In this document: positions 48,604 to 58,658 of the stretch, piece by piece
Layout of the letters: every line of letters starts with the position of its first letter
Numbering within the stretch: the first letter of the stretch is position 1
Assembly: GCA_037445065.1 (NCBI GenBank)
Contig: JBBILD010000017.1
Location: 1 to 64,000, forward strand
Reading direction: 5' to 3'
DNA: 64,000 bases
From: Myxococcales bacterium
Lineage (GTDB): Bacteria; Desulfobacterota; Binatia; HRBIN30
Program-made: the position numbers and the translations under genes
Notes under the pieces: generated by a model
The model's input: the letters and a program-made list of their open reading frames with translations, nothing else
Told to the model about the DNA's origin: nothing
Database searches by the model: none

Positions 48604-49566
48604 TCAGCGGGCGGCTGTTTTCGAGCGGGCTTGCGCGTGTTGCGGTCCTTCTGCTTCCCGCTTGGGGAAGGCAAGCGAGGCCAGCACAGCCGTGGCCAAA
48701 ATGGCCCCAACCACGCCGAGCGAAACTCCGATGGGGATCTTGTAGAATTCGGAGACCAGCATCTTGCACCCAACGAAGGTCAGGACAATCGCCAGCCCGA
48801 CCTGCAGGAAACGAAACATGTCCATCACTCCGGCCAGCAAGAAATAGAGAGCGCGCAGGCCGAGGATGGCGAACACGTTCGAGGTGTAGACAATGAAGGG
48901 ATCGCGAGTCACAGCAAAAATGGCCGGAATCGAGTCGAGCGCGAAGACCAGGTCGGTTGTCTCCACGACCACCAGCACGAGCAGCAAGGGCGTGGCCCAG
49001 ACGCGCCCCTCGAGACGGACAAAAAAGGACTGGCCATGATACTGGCTGGTGACCGGAACGATCCGGCGGACCACGCGCAGAATGGGATTTTTCTCAGGCT
49101 CCACCTCTTTCTCGGTAGAAAACAGCAGGCGGATGCCTGTGATCACCAAGAAACCCCCGAAGACGTAAATCATCCAGTGAAAACGGTTGAGTAGGGCGAC
49201 CCCGGTGGCGATGAACGCGCCGCGCATGATCAGCGCGCCGAGGATCCCCCAATAAAGGACGCGGTGCTGGTAGATGTTCGGCACCGCGAAGTAGCTGAAG
49301 ATCATGAGGAACACGAACAGGTTGTCCACACTGAGCGACTTTTCGATCAAATACCCGGTCAAGAACTCGAGCGCCCGTTCGTAGCCCCACATCCAGTAGA
49401 TCAGACCGTTGAAGGCCAGAGCCAGCGCCACCCAAACGATGCTCCACGCTGCCGCTTCGCGCAGCGTAACCGCGTGCGCTCGGCGATGGAAAACGCCGAG
49501 GTCGAGCGCCAGCATCGCGACGACGAATAGGTTGAATCCGACCCAAAGTAGCCAGCGATGCTCCAT
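48604..49566 (-). CDS. TerC/Alx family membrane protein
   Basis: GYLIEKSLSVDNLFVF, DLVFALDSIPA and YTSNVFAILGLRALYF motifs; GGAGG RBS. Confidence 0.95.
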   Translation of the reverse strand: MEHRWLLWVGFNLFVVAMLALDLGVFHRRAHAVTLREAAAWSIVWVALALAFNGLIYWMWGYERALEFLTGYLIEKSLSVDNLFVFLMIFSYFAVPNIYQHRVLYWGILGALIMRGAFIATGVALLNRFHWMIYVFGGFLVITGIRLLFSTEKEVEPEKNPILRVVRRIVPVTSQYHGQSFFVRLEGRVWATPLLLVLVVVETTDLVFALDSIPAIFAVTRDPFIVYTSNVFAILGLRALYFLLAGVMDMFRFLQVGLAIVLTFVGCKMLVSEFYKIPIGVSLGVVGAILATAVLASLAFPKREAEGPQHAQARSKTAAR

Positions 49567-49951
49567 CCCTTTTACGCCTCCTCCGACCGCGCGTCCGGCT
49601 TCTTAGCGAGCGAGGGCGAGCACGGCACCTCTGCTGAGCGGGAACCAGACCAGCGTGGGCAGCTCAGAAGCATGCATGCAACGGGCTTTCTGCGCGCGAC
49701 TTCCAGCGTGAGGTCGTGACGAGCGCAAAGCGAACAACGTGCCGCGCCGAACGGGGCTTGATCGGTGCGCGTTCCGGCCGCGGGTTGTGCTCGTGGCAGC
49801 AAACGGTCCACTGCCTCTTCTCTCGCGTTCTTGCCTAGACTCGCGGTGTGGCGGCGCCTTGTTCGACGGGGCCAATTGGGGTTCGCGTGCCGCTCTTCCC
49901 ATCGGATTGCTCGGCAGCGCCTTAGGCTCCGTTGACGATGCTGCGGCTCAG

Positions 49952-50641
49952 TCAGGCACCCGGCCCTTGAGGTAGGAACAAGCCCTCGATGATGGGGTCT
50001 CCTTGCCGAGAGCGATCGTCAATCACCGAATTCATCATGATTGGGTAGGTACAGACCCGAATGAGTTCGCTCGAAGTCCGCGTCTCTCGCTTGCGTACCA
50101 TCCCCTGGGCATCGGTGTACTCGTACTGGAAGTCCCACGCCAGCAGCATGACACGGGTGCCGATGCCATTGAGCTTGCGCACGAGTGGCACGTAGTCGCT
50201 ATCCGAGGTGAGCAGCGCCACCACGTCGAAGCCCTTGTGAATGGCCAGATCGAAGGCTTCGAGGGCAAGCCACACGTCAATGCCTTTTTCCTTCGGCCGC
50301 CCCGCTAGCTTCTCGTCGAGGGGCAAGTAGTGTTGAACGATTCCCGCACGCATCAACACCTCATCGAAACGCCGCTCGTCTTCTAGCTTGCCGGCCTGCA
50401 GCGCGGCGTCGGTGGAAAAACGGCCGCGGAACCAATGGGCCTCGACGATTTGACACTGCCCCACTTCGCGCTTTTCTCGCTCCGCCACCGCGTGGCGGAT
50501 GAACTCCTGTACCCCGAGTAAATCGAGTCGCGCCTTTCGCGGGTGCTGGAATTTGTAGTAGCGGCTGACCTCGTCGAAATAGCCCCCGTCAAAAAAAACC
50601 GCGACGCGAACCAACCGTCCATCTGTTGAACTGCGCAACAT
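49952..50641 (-). CDS. NYN (LabA/DUF88) PIN-fold protein
   Basis: VFFDGGY, EKGIDVWLALE and SDSDYVPLV..L..G.RV motifs. Confidence 0.88.
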   Translation of the reverse strand: MLRSSTDGRLVRVAVFFDGGYFDEVSRYYKFQHPRKARLDLLGVQEFIRHAVAEREKREVGQCQIVEAHWFRGRFSTDAALQAGKLEDERRFDEVLMRAGIVQHYLPLDEKLAGRPKEKGIDVWLALEAFDLAIHKGFDVVALLTSDSDYVPLVRKLNGIGTRVMLLAWDFQYEYTDAQGMVRKRETRTSSELIRVCTYPIMMNSVIDDRSRQGDPIIEGLFLPQGPGA

Positions 50642-50721
50642 CGTCCTCTCGACCCTTTGCAGTTTGCCGGCCCTTTAGTTGGGCTATCGGCGGGTGCGCA
50701 AGACGCCGCCAATTGCCGTCG

Positions 50722-51861
50722 CTACATCTGGCCCTTGTGCGCGGTAAGAAGCTGCGCCGAATGGGTGGCGCGTGCCTGCCCGACCCACTGGTCGAGCTTC
50801 GACCACTGCTCCATGAGCCAGGCCTTCCGCTCCGCTTCCGTCGTTGGGATCTCCGCCGCCGGCACTTTCCAGAGCGTCACCCGCACCGTGTTCCCGAGTA
50901 GCCGCCCGTGCCACAGGTCGGCAAAGGTGGCGGCGTCCTCCAAGCCTGAGTGCGCAACAAACACAACGTCGGCCGTTGGCACGCTTGCCAGCAAAGCCAA
51001 GGGGCCAGCGGTCTTTGGCGGGAAGACGTGACGGAAGGCGTGCACACGCTCGAGTCCTTCTTGGTTCCCTGCCTGCGCGAGGCGCGCCAGCAAGCGCTCT
51101 CGCTTCGCGGCCGTAAAGCGGGTTCCCTCTGGGTAAATGACGACGGCCTCTCCGGCTGCGAGTCCCCTTGCGAGGGCGTGCAAGCGCGCCACCTCGCGCT
51201 GCGGTTGATCCGAGCCACGGCGCACAAAGGCGTTGGGCAGTCGGTTGCCCACCACATCCAAACAGGGCTCCCACAGAAGTTCCTGTTTCATGACGTACCG
51301 GAACCGCAGGGGGCGAAAACTCTCGATCATCGTGATCGGTAACAGGGTGTCAATAATGCTGGCGTGGCGCATGAACACAATGTGCGGGCCAGGACCGATT
51401 TCGGCTTCTTCCACTTGGAAACGCAGGCCGAAGAGCTTGCGGATCCCGAGCATCAGCGTGCGCGCCCAGACGCGTTGCAGCGCATAGTTCCAGCGCAAAT
51501 ACCGTTCGCCGCTAGCGGCCAGGCCGGCCACCCACACGCCGCCGCTAGCGACGAGCCCCAAGGCTTCGCAAGCAAAGTACAAACATACGCCCGTCAGCGC
51601 TCGAGAGGTGACGAACAGGCGAGGCCGGCGTAAGAGGTCCGCTGCAAAAGCGGGCAGGATGAGCAAGGTCCACACAAAGGGGCTTGCCGCACCGCAGAGC
51701 AGAAAAAGCGGTAGCGTGATCGCTCGGCGCCCCCAGCGTGTTCGCCGTGCCTCTCGCTCGGTGAACTCCTCGCCCGCAGACTCGAAGGGGGAGACGTCGG
51801 GTGCAGACCGCACTTTGGCTGCGCGCGGATTTTGACTCGCAAGGCTCATCTCTTTCATCAT
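50722..51861 (-). CDS. PlsC-family (lyso)phospholipid acyltransferase
   Basis: HASIID (HxxxxD), FVRR and IYPEGTRF motifs; N-terminal TM segments; start uncertain. Confidence 0.88.
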   Translation of the reverse strand: MMKEMSLASQNPRAAKVRSAPDVSPFESAGEEFTEREARRTRWGRRAITLPLFLLCGAASPFVWTLLILPAFAADLLRRPRLFVTSRALTGVCLYFACEALGLVASGGVWVAGLAASGERYLRWNYALQRVWARTLMLGIRKLFGLRFQVEEAEIGPGPHIVFMRHASIIDTLLPITMIESFRPLRFRYVMKQELLWEPCLDVVGNRLPNAFVRRGSDQPQREVARLHALARGLAAGEAVVIYPEGTRFTAAKRERLLARLAQAGNQEGLERVHAFRHVFPPKTAGPLALLASVPTADVVFVAHSGLEDAATFADLWHGRLLGNTVRVTLWKVPAAEIPTTEAERKAWLMEQWSKLDQWVGQARATHSAQLLTAHKGQM

Positions 51862-52256
51862 TCACAAGTACTGGTTCGATTCTAGGCCCTGGGGCTTGTC
51901 GTTGGGCCAAGCGGCGATGGTCCTCGCCTTGGCCGTGTCTGGTGCCCGGCCCGCTCGGGTGCGTGCGGCGGAAATCGTCGGGAATGCTCGCAGCGACGCG
52001 TAGTCCCTCTTGCCGCCGGGAAAGCTGTGCTCTCGCCGCCACACGCAGAGGCTGGGGCAGCGCTGGTGAGTCGGGACGGGAAGGGTGCCGCGCGCGACAA
52101 AAGGTCGCGGGCAATGCGTAGTGGGGAGCGGTCGGACGCACGAGGGACGTCGGAGAGGGGCACGAATGAGTCACCGAGGGCGTGTCCGTACCGCTGCTGC
52201 GGGTGGTGCGGAGGCCCCGCAATGGGCGGCGTGGGCAAGAGCCGAGCACCAACTTC

Positions 52257-53345
52257 TCAGACGCGGCCCACCAAGGCGCGCTGCCGCAAGTAGTGATCGG
52301 CGAGAACCAGGCACGCCATTGCTTCCACCATCGGTACAGCCCGGGGCAAAACGCAGGGGTCGTGCCGGCCTTTGCCCTCCACCGTCACTGGGTGCCCTTC
52401 GCGGTCCACGGTTTCTTGCGGGCAGGCAATCGTTGCGGTGGGTTTGAAGGCCACCCGAAAGTAAATGTCCTCGCCGTTGCTGATACCACCTTGCACGCCT
52501 CCCGAACGGTTGCTGCGCGTGCGGATGCGCCCGCTCGAGTCCGTAAAAAACGGGTCGTTGTGCTCGATGCCGGTAAGCAGAGTGCCGGCAAAGCCGCTGC
52601 CGATTTCAAAGCCTTTCGATGCGGGCAACGACAACATGGCCTTGGCGAGGTCGGCCTCCAGGCGGTCGAACACTGGCTCCCCGAGCCCGGGGGGAACGTT
52701 GCGGCATACGCATTCAACCACGCCACCGAGCGAATTTCCCTCTCTCCGAGCTGCCTCGATGCGAGCGATCATTTCCTGCGCGGCCGCGGCGTCCGGGCAG
52801 CGGACCGGAGTGGATTCCACTTGTTCCAGGGTTACGCTGCTCAACTCGACCTGCGCTTCTACGGTGTGTACCCGCCGCACCCAAGCCAGCACCTCGACAC
52901 CAGCCACCTCCCGCAAGAACTTGCGCGCAATCGCGCCAGCCGCCACACGGCCGACAGTCTCGCGTGCAGAGGCGCGCCCACCGCCTTGCCAGTTGCGGAT
53001 TCCATACTTGGCTTCGTAGGTGAAGTCGGCGTGGGAAGGGCGGAAGACGTTCTTCAAGGCCTCATAGGCGGAGGGGCGCGCGTCCGTGTTGCGCACCAAG
53101 ATCGCGATCGGTGTCCCTAAGGTGCGGCCCTCGAACACCCCGGACAAAATCTCCGCGCGATCCTCCTCCTGCCGCGGTGTGGTAAGCCGGCTCTGACCGG
53201 GCCGCCGGCGGTCGAGGTCGTACTGGATCTCTTCCACGCTCAGCGGCAGCCCAGGCGGGCAGCCGTCCACCACCACGCCCACTGCGCCACCGTGCGACTC
53301 GCCAAAGGTGGAAATGCGGAAGAGATGTCCGAAGATGGAGCCCAT
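52257..53345 (-). CDS. aroC: Chorismate synthase
   Basis: [30 protein letters not shown] and GRHDPCV motifs. Confidence 0.98.
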   Translation of the reverse strand: MGSIFGHLFRISTFGESHGGAVGVVVDGCPPGLPLSVEEIQYDLDRRRPGQSRLTTPRQEEDRAEILSGVFEGRTLGTPIAILVRNTDARPSAYEALKNVFRPSHADFTYEAKYGIRNWQGGGRASARETVGRVAAGAIARKFLREVAGVEVLAWVRRVHTVEAQVELSSVTLEQVESTPVRCPDAAAAQEMIARIEAARREGNSLGGVVECVCRNVPPGLGEPVFDRLEADLAKAMLSLPASKGFEIGSGFAGTLLTGIEHNDPFFTDSSGRIRTRSNRSGGVQGGISNGEDIYFRVAFKPTATIACPQETVDREGHPVTVEGKGRHDPCVLPRAVPMVEAMACLVLADHYLRQRALVGRV

Positions 53346-53449
53346 GTGCCGCTCACCTTAGGGCAGGGCCGGCAGCGGCTCAAGAACGCTGGCTTGCTGC
53401 CTTCCGGCGATGCGCGAGCTGCAGTTCGCAGCCGCTGTCCGCCCGCCGG

Positions 53450-54292
53450 TCAGGCGTCTGCCTCGCCGAGTTTTTTGCCACGCAGGGCCCGCTCGCGCGC
53501 CCGCTCGACCACCCCAGGGTCTACCGGATCGGCCTTCTGCATCCCCCAGCGCAGCACCCCGGGCAAGACCAGGCGTAGAAAACGAGCCGTCATGAGCATC
53601 GGGTTGCGCTGCGGAACGGTGATCTCGAAGCGGCGTCGTTCGATGCATTCGACGATTGCGTCGGCCACCATTTGCGCCGGGTATTTCTTGCCTTGGTAGG
53701 AGGGCGGTTCGTCTTCCTTGAGCCAAATTTCGGTGTCAATCGGCCCGGGATGCACCAAGGCGGCGTGGATCCCGGTGCCAGCGAGGTCGTGCCATAGTCC
53801 TTCGGTGAACGAACTCATGGCTGCTTTGGATGCGGCGTAGAGCGGTTCCCTGGGTGGGGTAACGCGCGCCGCGAAGGAAGACACGTTCACGATCGTCCCT
53901 CCACCCTGGCGCAGCATCACCGGGATGGCCGCAAAGGTCGTCCACACACACGAGAGAAAATTCACCCGCATCACCACCTCGGCCTCGTCCGCGTGCGTGT
54001 GGAGCACATGCTTGTGCTTGGAAATGGCGGCGTTGTTCACCAGCACGTCGAGGCGGCCGAGACGGCGTACGGTTTCTTCGATGATTCCTTCGGCAAAGGC
54101 TTGCTCGCCTAGATCCCCTGCCAGGTAAAAGGACTCGCGAGTGAAGGAGCGGCAGCGTTCGAGGACTTCCTGCAAGAGCTGCTCTCTGCGCGCCACGAGC
54201 ACAACTTGCATCCCACGCCGAGCGAGCGTTTGGGCCGTTACCGCGCCGATTCCGGATGAGGCTCCGGTGACGACCGCCACTTTGCCTTCCAT
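53450..54292 (-). CDS. Short-chain dehydrogenase/reductase
   Basis: TGASSGIG, NNA, NVSS, YAASK and PGPIDT motifs. Confidence 0.93.
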   Translation of the reverse strand: MEGKVAVVTGASSGIGAVTAQTLARRGMQVVLVARREQLLQEVLERCRSFTRESFYLAGDLGEQAFAEGIIEETVRRLGRLDVLVNNAAISKHKHVLHTHADEAEVVMRVNFLSCVWTTFAAIPVMLRQGGGTIVNVSSFAARVTPPREPLYAASKAAMSSFTEGLWHDLAGTGIHAALVHPGPIDTEIWLKEDEPPSYQGKKYPAQMVADAIVECIERRRFEITVPQRNPMLMTARFLRLVLPGVLRWGMQKADPVDPGVVERARERALRGKKLGEADA

Positions 54293-54486
54293 GGTTCCCT
54301 CCTGTTGCCTTCGAGCTTTGCAGTTGGAGAAGATGCCCCGCGTTTTTCCATCCTCACGGGCGCCAAGGCAACCACACGGACGCCAAGGTTTCGCCCTCCG
54401 GGGCCGGATCCAGGCAGAACACAGCTGTTGGGATTTTGCGACCTCGTGCCCAGGGGGGCCGGCGCTTTGCTACGCAGCGGCGCGCT

Positions 54487-56757
54487 TTAGTGCAGTCCTC
54501 GGGAACGGTGTGCCTCTGCAAACAGGAGCCAGCCGATGACCTCTCCCGCCCGCACAGGCAGAGCCTCGGCTCGGGCTGCCGCCACGCGGAGCATCCCATC
54601 TGTGCCGACGTGGCTGGCCGCCACACTCTGGCGCCAGGCCCGCGCTAGGCGCATTCGCACAAACGGCGCCGATCCCTCGCGGCCCGACCGAACCAAGAAA
54701 AAGTGCGCAATCTGGCCATCCTGGCTGGCCTGTAATGGAACGGCGATTCGCGCCCGTGACCAGCGGCGTGGTCGCCCGGCCTTCACGGCCGACTGCATGG
54801 GGCCCCCAGGACAGCGCTCCTCTGGGCAGGTGCCTCCCGGCGGCCCCCAGGAGGCGTTCGCGTCACCGATCGGCAGGGCTTCGAAAAGCAATCCAGAGGC
54901 GCCCGTGTTGGGGACGACGAGGTCCAGCCGGCCTCGAATACAGCTACTGTCCGAAACCGACGGGGGCGTGGATGCCGCCCCTGGGTGCGCAGCCGGGAAA
55001 AACCACCAATCCGAATCGCAGCGCTCAGCTGCGAGGAGCTGCGGGTCGAGGCCAACGAGGTAGCGCAAAATGTGCACAGCATCGGCCACGCTAAGCGTAC
55101 CGCTTCCGTTCGTGTCCGCGGCGAGGTGCTGGGCCGGAGAGAGAAGTTCGAGTCTGACGAGGTACCGCAACACCGCAACCGCATCCGCGGTCGTGATCGC
55201 TGCACCCACGCCGCCACGGGCCCGCGGTTCGAGCCGCAGGCTTTGTTCCGGTTCAGCGGACAGCTCGAAGCCGCCCGCAGAATCCGTGCTGACGATGGTG
55301 CTTCCGTGGGAGTTGGTGGACAACACCTCGACCGCAGGAACACCGAGATCCGACGCCGCGCGCCGCACCGTGCCGGTCAGCAGCACGCTGCCGAGAGTCC
55401 GAAGCGGAGTCGGAGAGGGCGTCGCGGTGGGTGAGGCGATTGCTGTTATTGAGGGGGTCGCCTCGTTATTCCCGATCGCGGCTTCGTCGAGCTGCACCAA
55501 GAAAAGCCCTTGCTCGATACCGCTCACCGCAACGGTGCCGCTCGGCAAGAATGGGTAGACGCTCCAAGCTCCGTTGAAGCTGGGCAAATCGTCTGCGGGA
55601 TAGATGTCAAAAAAGGCGATCTCCCGCAGCCCCGCGTTGGCCGTGTCGAACAGTTCCAAGACTCGCAGTCCGGCACGATAGTTGGCCTGGAAGACGAGCC
55701 AGTGGCCGCGCCACTCGCGCACGTACTGGTTGTGATCGATGGCAGTGGTGGAATTCATGAACACGCCGCGGACACTCGGAGCCGTGAGATCGGCCACGTC
55801 CCACAGGTACGTGCGCGTGTTGGACGGAAGTAGGGTCTCGTCGAACTCATCGTCGAGCAGGAAGTACGCGTGGTCGGGAGTCAGCCAACCTTGATGCGTG
55901 TAGCCTCGCGCAACGTAGTCGGTGCGCGAGAGCATGTGCGGCGCAGCCTTATCGGTCATGTCCACGATGGTGAGGGTGTCCTCGTTGGCGCAAAAGCAGA
56001 TTTCCCGGCCGACAAACTGCACATCCGGCCCGCGGTACAGCACGCAGTGTGCGTCATGCGTGTACCCGTCGGCCGCGAAACATCCAGCGTACCGCGGTGC
56101 CAGCGGGTCGCTGAGATCGATTGCATGCAGGCCCCCGCTGCACGTGTTACTGCCGACCGCGTACGCGAACCCCGTCTCCTCGTTGACCACAAGATTGTGC
56201 GCGTTGCTGAAGCCCGTATACCAGGCGTCGGCGGCAAAGTTCTGGGGTGGCGAGGTCACTGCCAGCAAATGGTTGAGGTCGAACACTTGCAAGCCATGAA
56301 ACGGAGCTTCACTGACCACTAGCGCGTAGTGGCCGTACACCTTGATATCTCGCCAAAACGAGCTGCCGCTCGCGGTCGGAAGCTTGCCCACAAAGAGGGG
56401 ACGACGCGGGTCGGTCACCTCTACAAAGGCCGTACCGTCGGAGCGGCCGAAGAGTACGAATTCGCGGCCGCTCTGGGGTTCGGCCCAGCCCCACAGGTCG
56501 TTACCGCTCCCGCTTCCCCCGAGCGCGGCGAGGGGCAGGTAAGACAGCAGGTGCGCGTTGCGGCAGGGGTACACGGCAGCCAGCCCTTGTTCGCAAGGCG
56601 TGAACGATAAGGGCTGGGGGAGTACCCCGCTCCGGTCAGGACCATCTGCGCCCGCTTCCCCGTGAGCGAGGGCGGCCTGGGCAACGCAGCCGAGCACAGC
56701 GAGGGCACCGAGGATCAGAAGGACGGCGGTTCGATGATGCCGTTGCGTGTGTTGCAT
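54487..56757 (-). CDS. Secreted choice-of-anchor B-family (LVIVD-like) protein with P/T linker and dockerin-like domain
   Basis: Signal peptide; NDLWGW, WRDIKVY, GYTHDAHC, YTHQGWLT, LDDEFDE and GAWSVYPFLPSG motifs; SPTATPSPTP linker; DTNGSGTLSVADAVHILRYLVG. Confidence 0.82.
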   Translation of the reverse strand: MQHTQRHHRTAVLLILGALAVLGCVAQAALAHGEAGADGPDRSGVLPQPLSFTPCEQGLAAVYPCRNAHLLSYLPLAALGGSGSGNDLWGWAEPQSGREFVLFGRSDGTAFVEVTDPRRPLFVGKLPTASGSSFWRDIKVYGHYALVVSEAPFHGLQVFDLNHLLAVTSPPQNFAADAWYTGFSNAHNLVVNEETGFAYAVGSNTCSGGLHAIDLSDPLAPRYAGCFAADGYTHDAHCVLYRGPDVQFVGREICFCANEDTLTIVDMTDKAAPHMLSRTDYVARGYTHQGWLTPDHAYFLLDDEFDETLLPSNTRTYLWDVADLTAPSVRGVFMNSTTAIDHNQYVREWRGHWLVFQANYRAGLRVLELFDTANAGLREIAFFDIYPADDLPSFNGAWSVYPFLPSGTVAVSGIEQGLFLVQLDEAAIGNNEATPSITAIASPTATPSPTPLRTLGSVLLTGTVRRAASDLGVPAVEVLSTNSHGSTIVSTDSAGGFELSAEPEQSLRLEPRARGGVGAAITTADAVAVLRYLVRLELLSPAQHLAADTNGSGTLSVADAVHILRYLVGLDPQLLAAERCDSDWWFFPAAHPGAASTPPSVSDSSCIRGRLDLVVPNTGASGLLFEALPIGDANASWGPPGGTCPEERCPGGPMQSAVKAGRPRRWSRARIAVPLQASQDGQIAHFFLVRSGREGSAPFVRMRLARAWRQSVAASHVGTDGMLRVAAARAEALPVRAGEVIGWLLFAEAHRSRGLH

Positions 56758-56988
56758 AAAACCGAAGGGAGTATGCGCTCGTGGCGCCACTCGGTCTAGC
56801 GGTAAATTGGACCAGGCACGCGGAGTTCGATCATCGGCGCTTGTTTCCGGTAACGGTTTCGTCGTATGCAAGGGAAGGTTTTCGGGGAGTTCGCTCGAGC
56901 ACAACACACGAGGTGGCCCGGGGGGCGCCGCGGGCGTTGCGGCATCTTACCGAGCCGCAGGAAACACACGTGCCCAAGGGAGGAAGGG

Positions 56989-57471
56989 ATGCAACTGCGA
57001 TGGCTCGCCAGCGCGTGGCTGTGCAGCTTCGCACTTGTGGCGCAAGCTGCCTTCAATCCGCCTGAGCAAGGACCGTTTTCCGAAGTGGATTCCGACACCG
57101 TGCACTCGATCGCGGCACCCGCTGGAATGATGGGAATGCTGGTTGCCGCCTTCCCTTGCGGAGCGTTGCTGTTGCCGCTCGACATCGCCGAAGAAATTCG
57201 GAACCCGCAATCCGAGTTTAGTTCACGCTTCGGCTATCCCATTTGCATCTACCCGGGTTTGGTCGGCTACCATCTAATCTACTTCGCAGTGGGTTTTCCG
57301 ATCTTCTTGGGAAAGGTGGTGTTTTGGGATGTACCGCGGCGGTTCTGGTGGTACGGTCCGCCACCGACGGGCAAGCCTGAGGAGCAAAAGCCCCCGCGTA
57401 AGCCAGAGAAGTTACCGGCGGGGGCACGCTTGCACGTCAGGCCGCCGGTACAGTTTGCCACCACTCGCTGA
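56989..57471 (+). CDS. Hypothetical exported/membrane protein
   Basis: GGAGG RBS, signal-like N-terminus ending AQA, two hydrophobic segments. Confidence 0.55.
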   Translation: MQLRWLASAWLCSFALVAQAAFNPPEQGPFSEVDSDTVHSIAAPAGMMGMLVAAFPCGALLLPLDIAEEIRNPQSEFSSRFGYPICIYPGLVGYHLIYFAVGFPIFLGKVVFWDVPRRFWWYGPPPTGKPEEQKPPRKPEKLPAGARLHVRPPVQFATTR

Positions 57472-58657
57472 GAATTTGTGCCGGAGTTTTGTGCAGGGGA
57501 ATGGGGAGTACGCGGGGAAGGGCAGAAGCGCAGTCAAGGCCCGGAACGCCGCTGCGCTCGGCGGCGAGCACGAAGGCGGCGACTTCGCAGAAGTGCTGCC
57601 GCTGCAGGAAGCGCGCCCAGCGGGCAAGTTCTCGCGCGTAGCTTTCGAGCCCTTGGCGTAATCCATAAAGTGCTTGGGCTGCTGCAAAGTCGAGCCAGGA
57701 ACCACGGTCGAGTTCGATTAGGATGGCCCGCCCGTCGAAACCGGCAAGCCAACGCTGCGCCACATCGGGCAAAGCCTCTCCGGGGCGTAGGGCAAAGTGG
57801 GCGATGGTGAATGCGCGGCCGCCGGGAAGTAAGTGATCGCGCCAGCCGCGGATGATACGCGCTAGCACCCGATCCCCGCGCGTGCCTCCGCTGTGGTAGC
57901 TTGGCGCCCGCTGGAAGGGCGAGGGAACAAACGGGGGGTTGGCAACGATCGCGTGAAAGGAGCGGGCGGCAACGGGGCGATACAAGTCACCAAGCCGGAA
58001 GGTGAGGTGATCGAGCCCGCAAGCGCGCGCGTTTAGCGACGCGAGTGCGACCGCCCGTGGCGACACATCCACCGCCCATACCTCGCGCGCCGTCCGTGCG
58101 GCAAGCAATGCCAACACGCCGGAGCCCGTGCCCAAGTCGAGCACCTGCGTTCGATCCGGGAGGCTCAGGATCTCGGCGAGAAGCAACGAGTCGCTGCTCG
58201 GCGGGTAGACCACGCCGCCGCGTGGCAACCGGCTCGGGCTGCAGGTGACTGGGTCGAAGCGGCGGTCCGCCCAAACCAGAAACTCCGCCACCGGTTCGGC
58301 ACGCAGGGTCGCCTCCACTTGGTTACCTCGAACCCGCAAGAGTCCGCTCGTGCAGGCGCGGTAGAACAGGTCTCGGCCCAGGGCCGCACGCAGCTGGCGC
58401 GCGGGCAGACCCGCCTCGAGCCAGAACGCCAGCACTGGTGCCGCAAGGGCATCCTGAGCACGCGCCTCTCGTTCCACGAGGGCAGCGCGGCGCAGGGGGC
58501 TGATCTCGTCCGGGTAGTGAAACCCGAGACGGCGTCGCAGTTTCTCTTGAGTGTAGCCGAGCGAGCGGAGCCGTTCGTTGAGTGCAGCGAGCAGGTTCGC
58601 AAGCGGTCCGAAGAGCGCGGCGCGAGGGGAAGCACGATTGGATCGCTGCTGCTCCAC
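57437..58657 (-). CDS. Class I SAM-dependent N-methyltransferase (MTS/HemK-like)
   Basis: VYPPSSDS, LDLGTGSG, VDVSPRA, GDLY and ANPPFVP motifs; GTG start lies just after the pepA stop. Confidence 0.85.
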   Translation of the reverse strand: MEQQRSNRASPRAALFGPLANLLAALNERLRSLGYTQEKLRRRLGFHYPDEISPLRRAALVEREARAQDALAAPVLAFWLEAGLPARQLRAALGRDLFYRACTSGLLRVRGNQVEATLRAEPVAEFLVWADRRFDPVTCSPSRLPRGGVVYPPSSDSLLLAEILSLPDRTQVLDLGTGSGVLALLAARTAREVWAVDVSPRAVALASLNARACGLDHLTFRLGDLYRPVAARSFHAIVANPPFVPSPFQRAPSYHSGGTRGDRVLARIIRGWRDHLLPGGRAFTIAHFALRPGEALPDVAQRWLAGFDGRAILIELDRGSWLDFAAAQALYGLRQGLESYARELARWARFLQRQHFCEVAAFVLAAERSGVPGLDCASALPRVLPIPLHKTPAQILSEWWQTVPAA

Positions 58658-58658
58658 G

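Noticed and set aside
49567..49950. yybP-ykoY (Mn) riboswitch upstream of terC/alx
   Set aside because: Only a CGTCAAC fragment was seen on the minus strand near 49931-49937; the GGGGAGTA and GAGACC elements were not found. An Rfam scan would settle it.
51862..52256. Gene or ncRNA between the acyltransferase and aroC
   Set aside because: No recognisable motif, RBS-supported ORF or RNA family signature.
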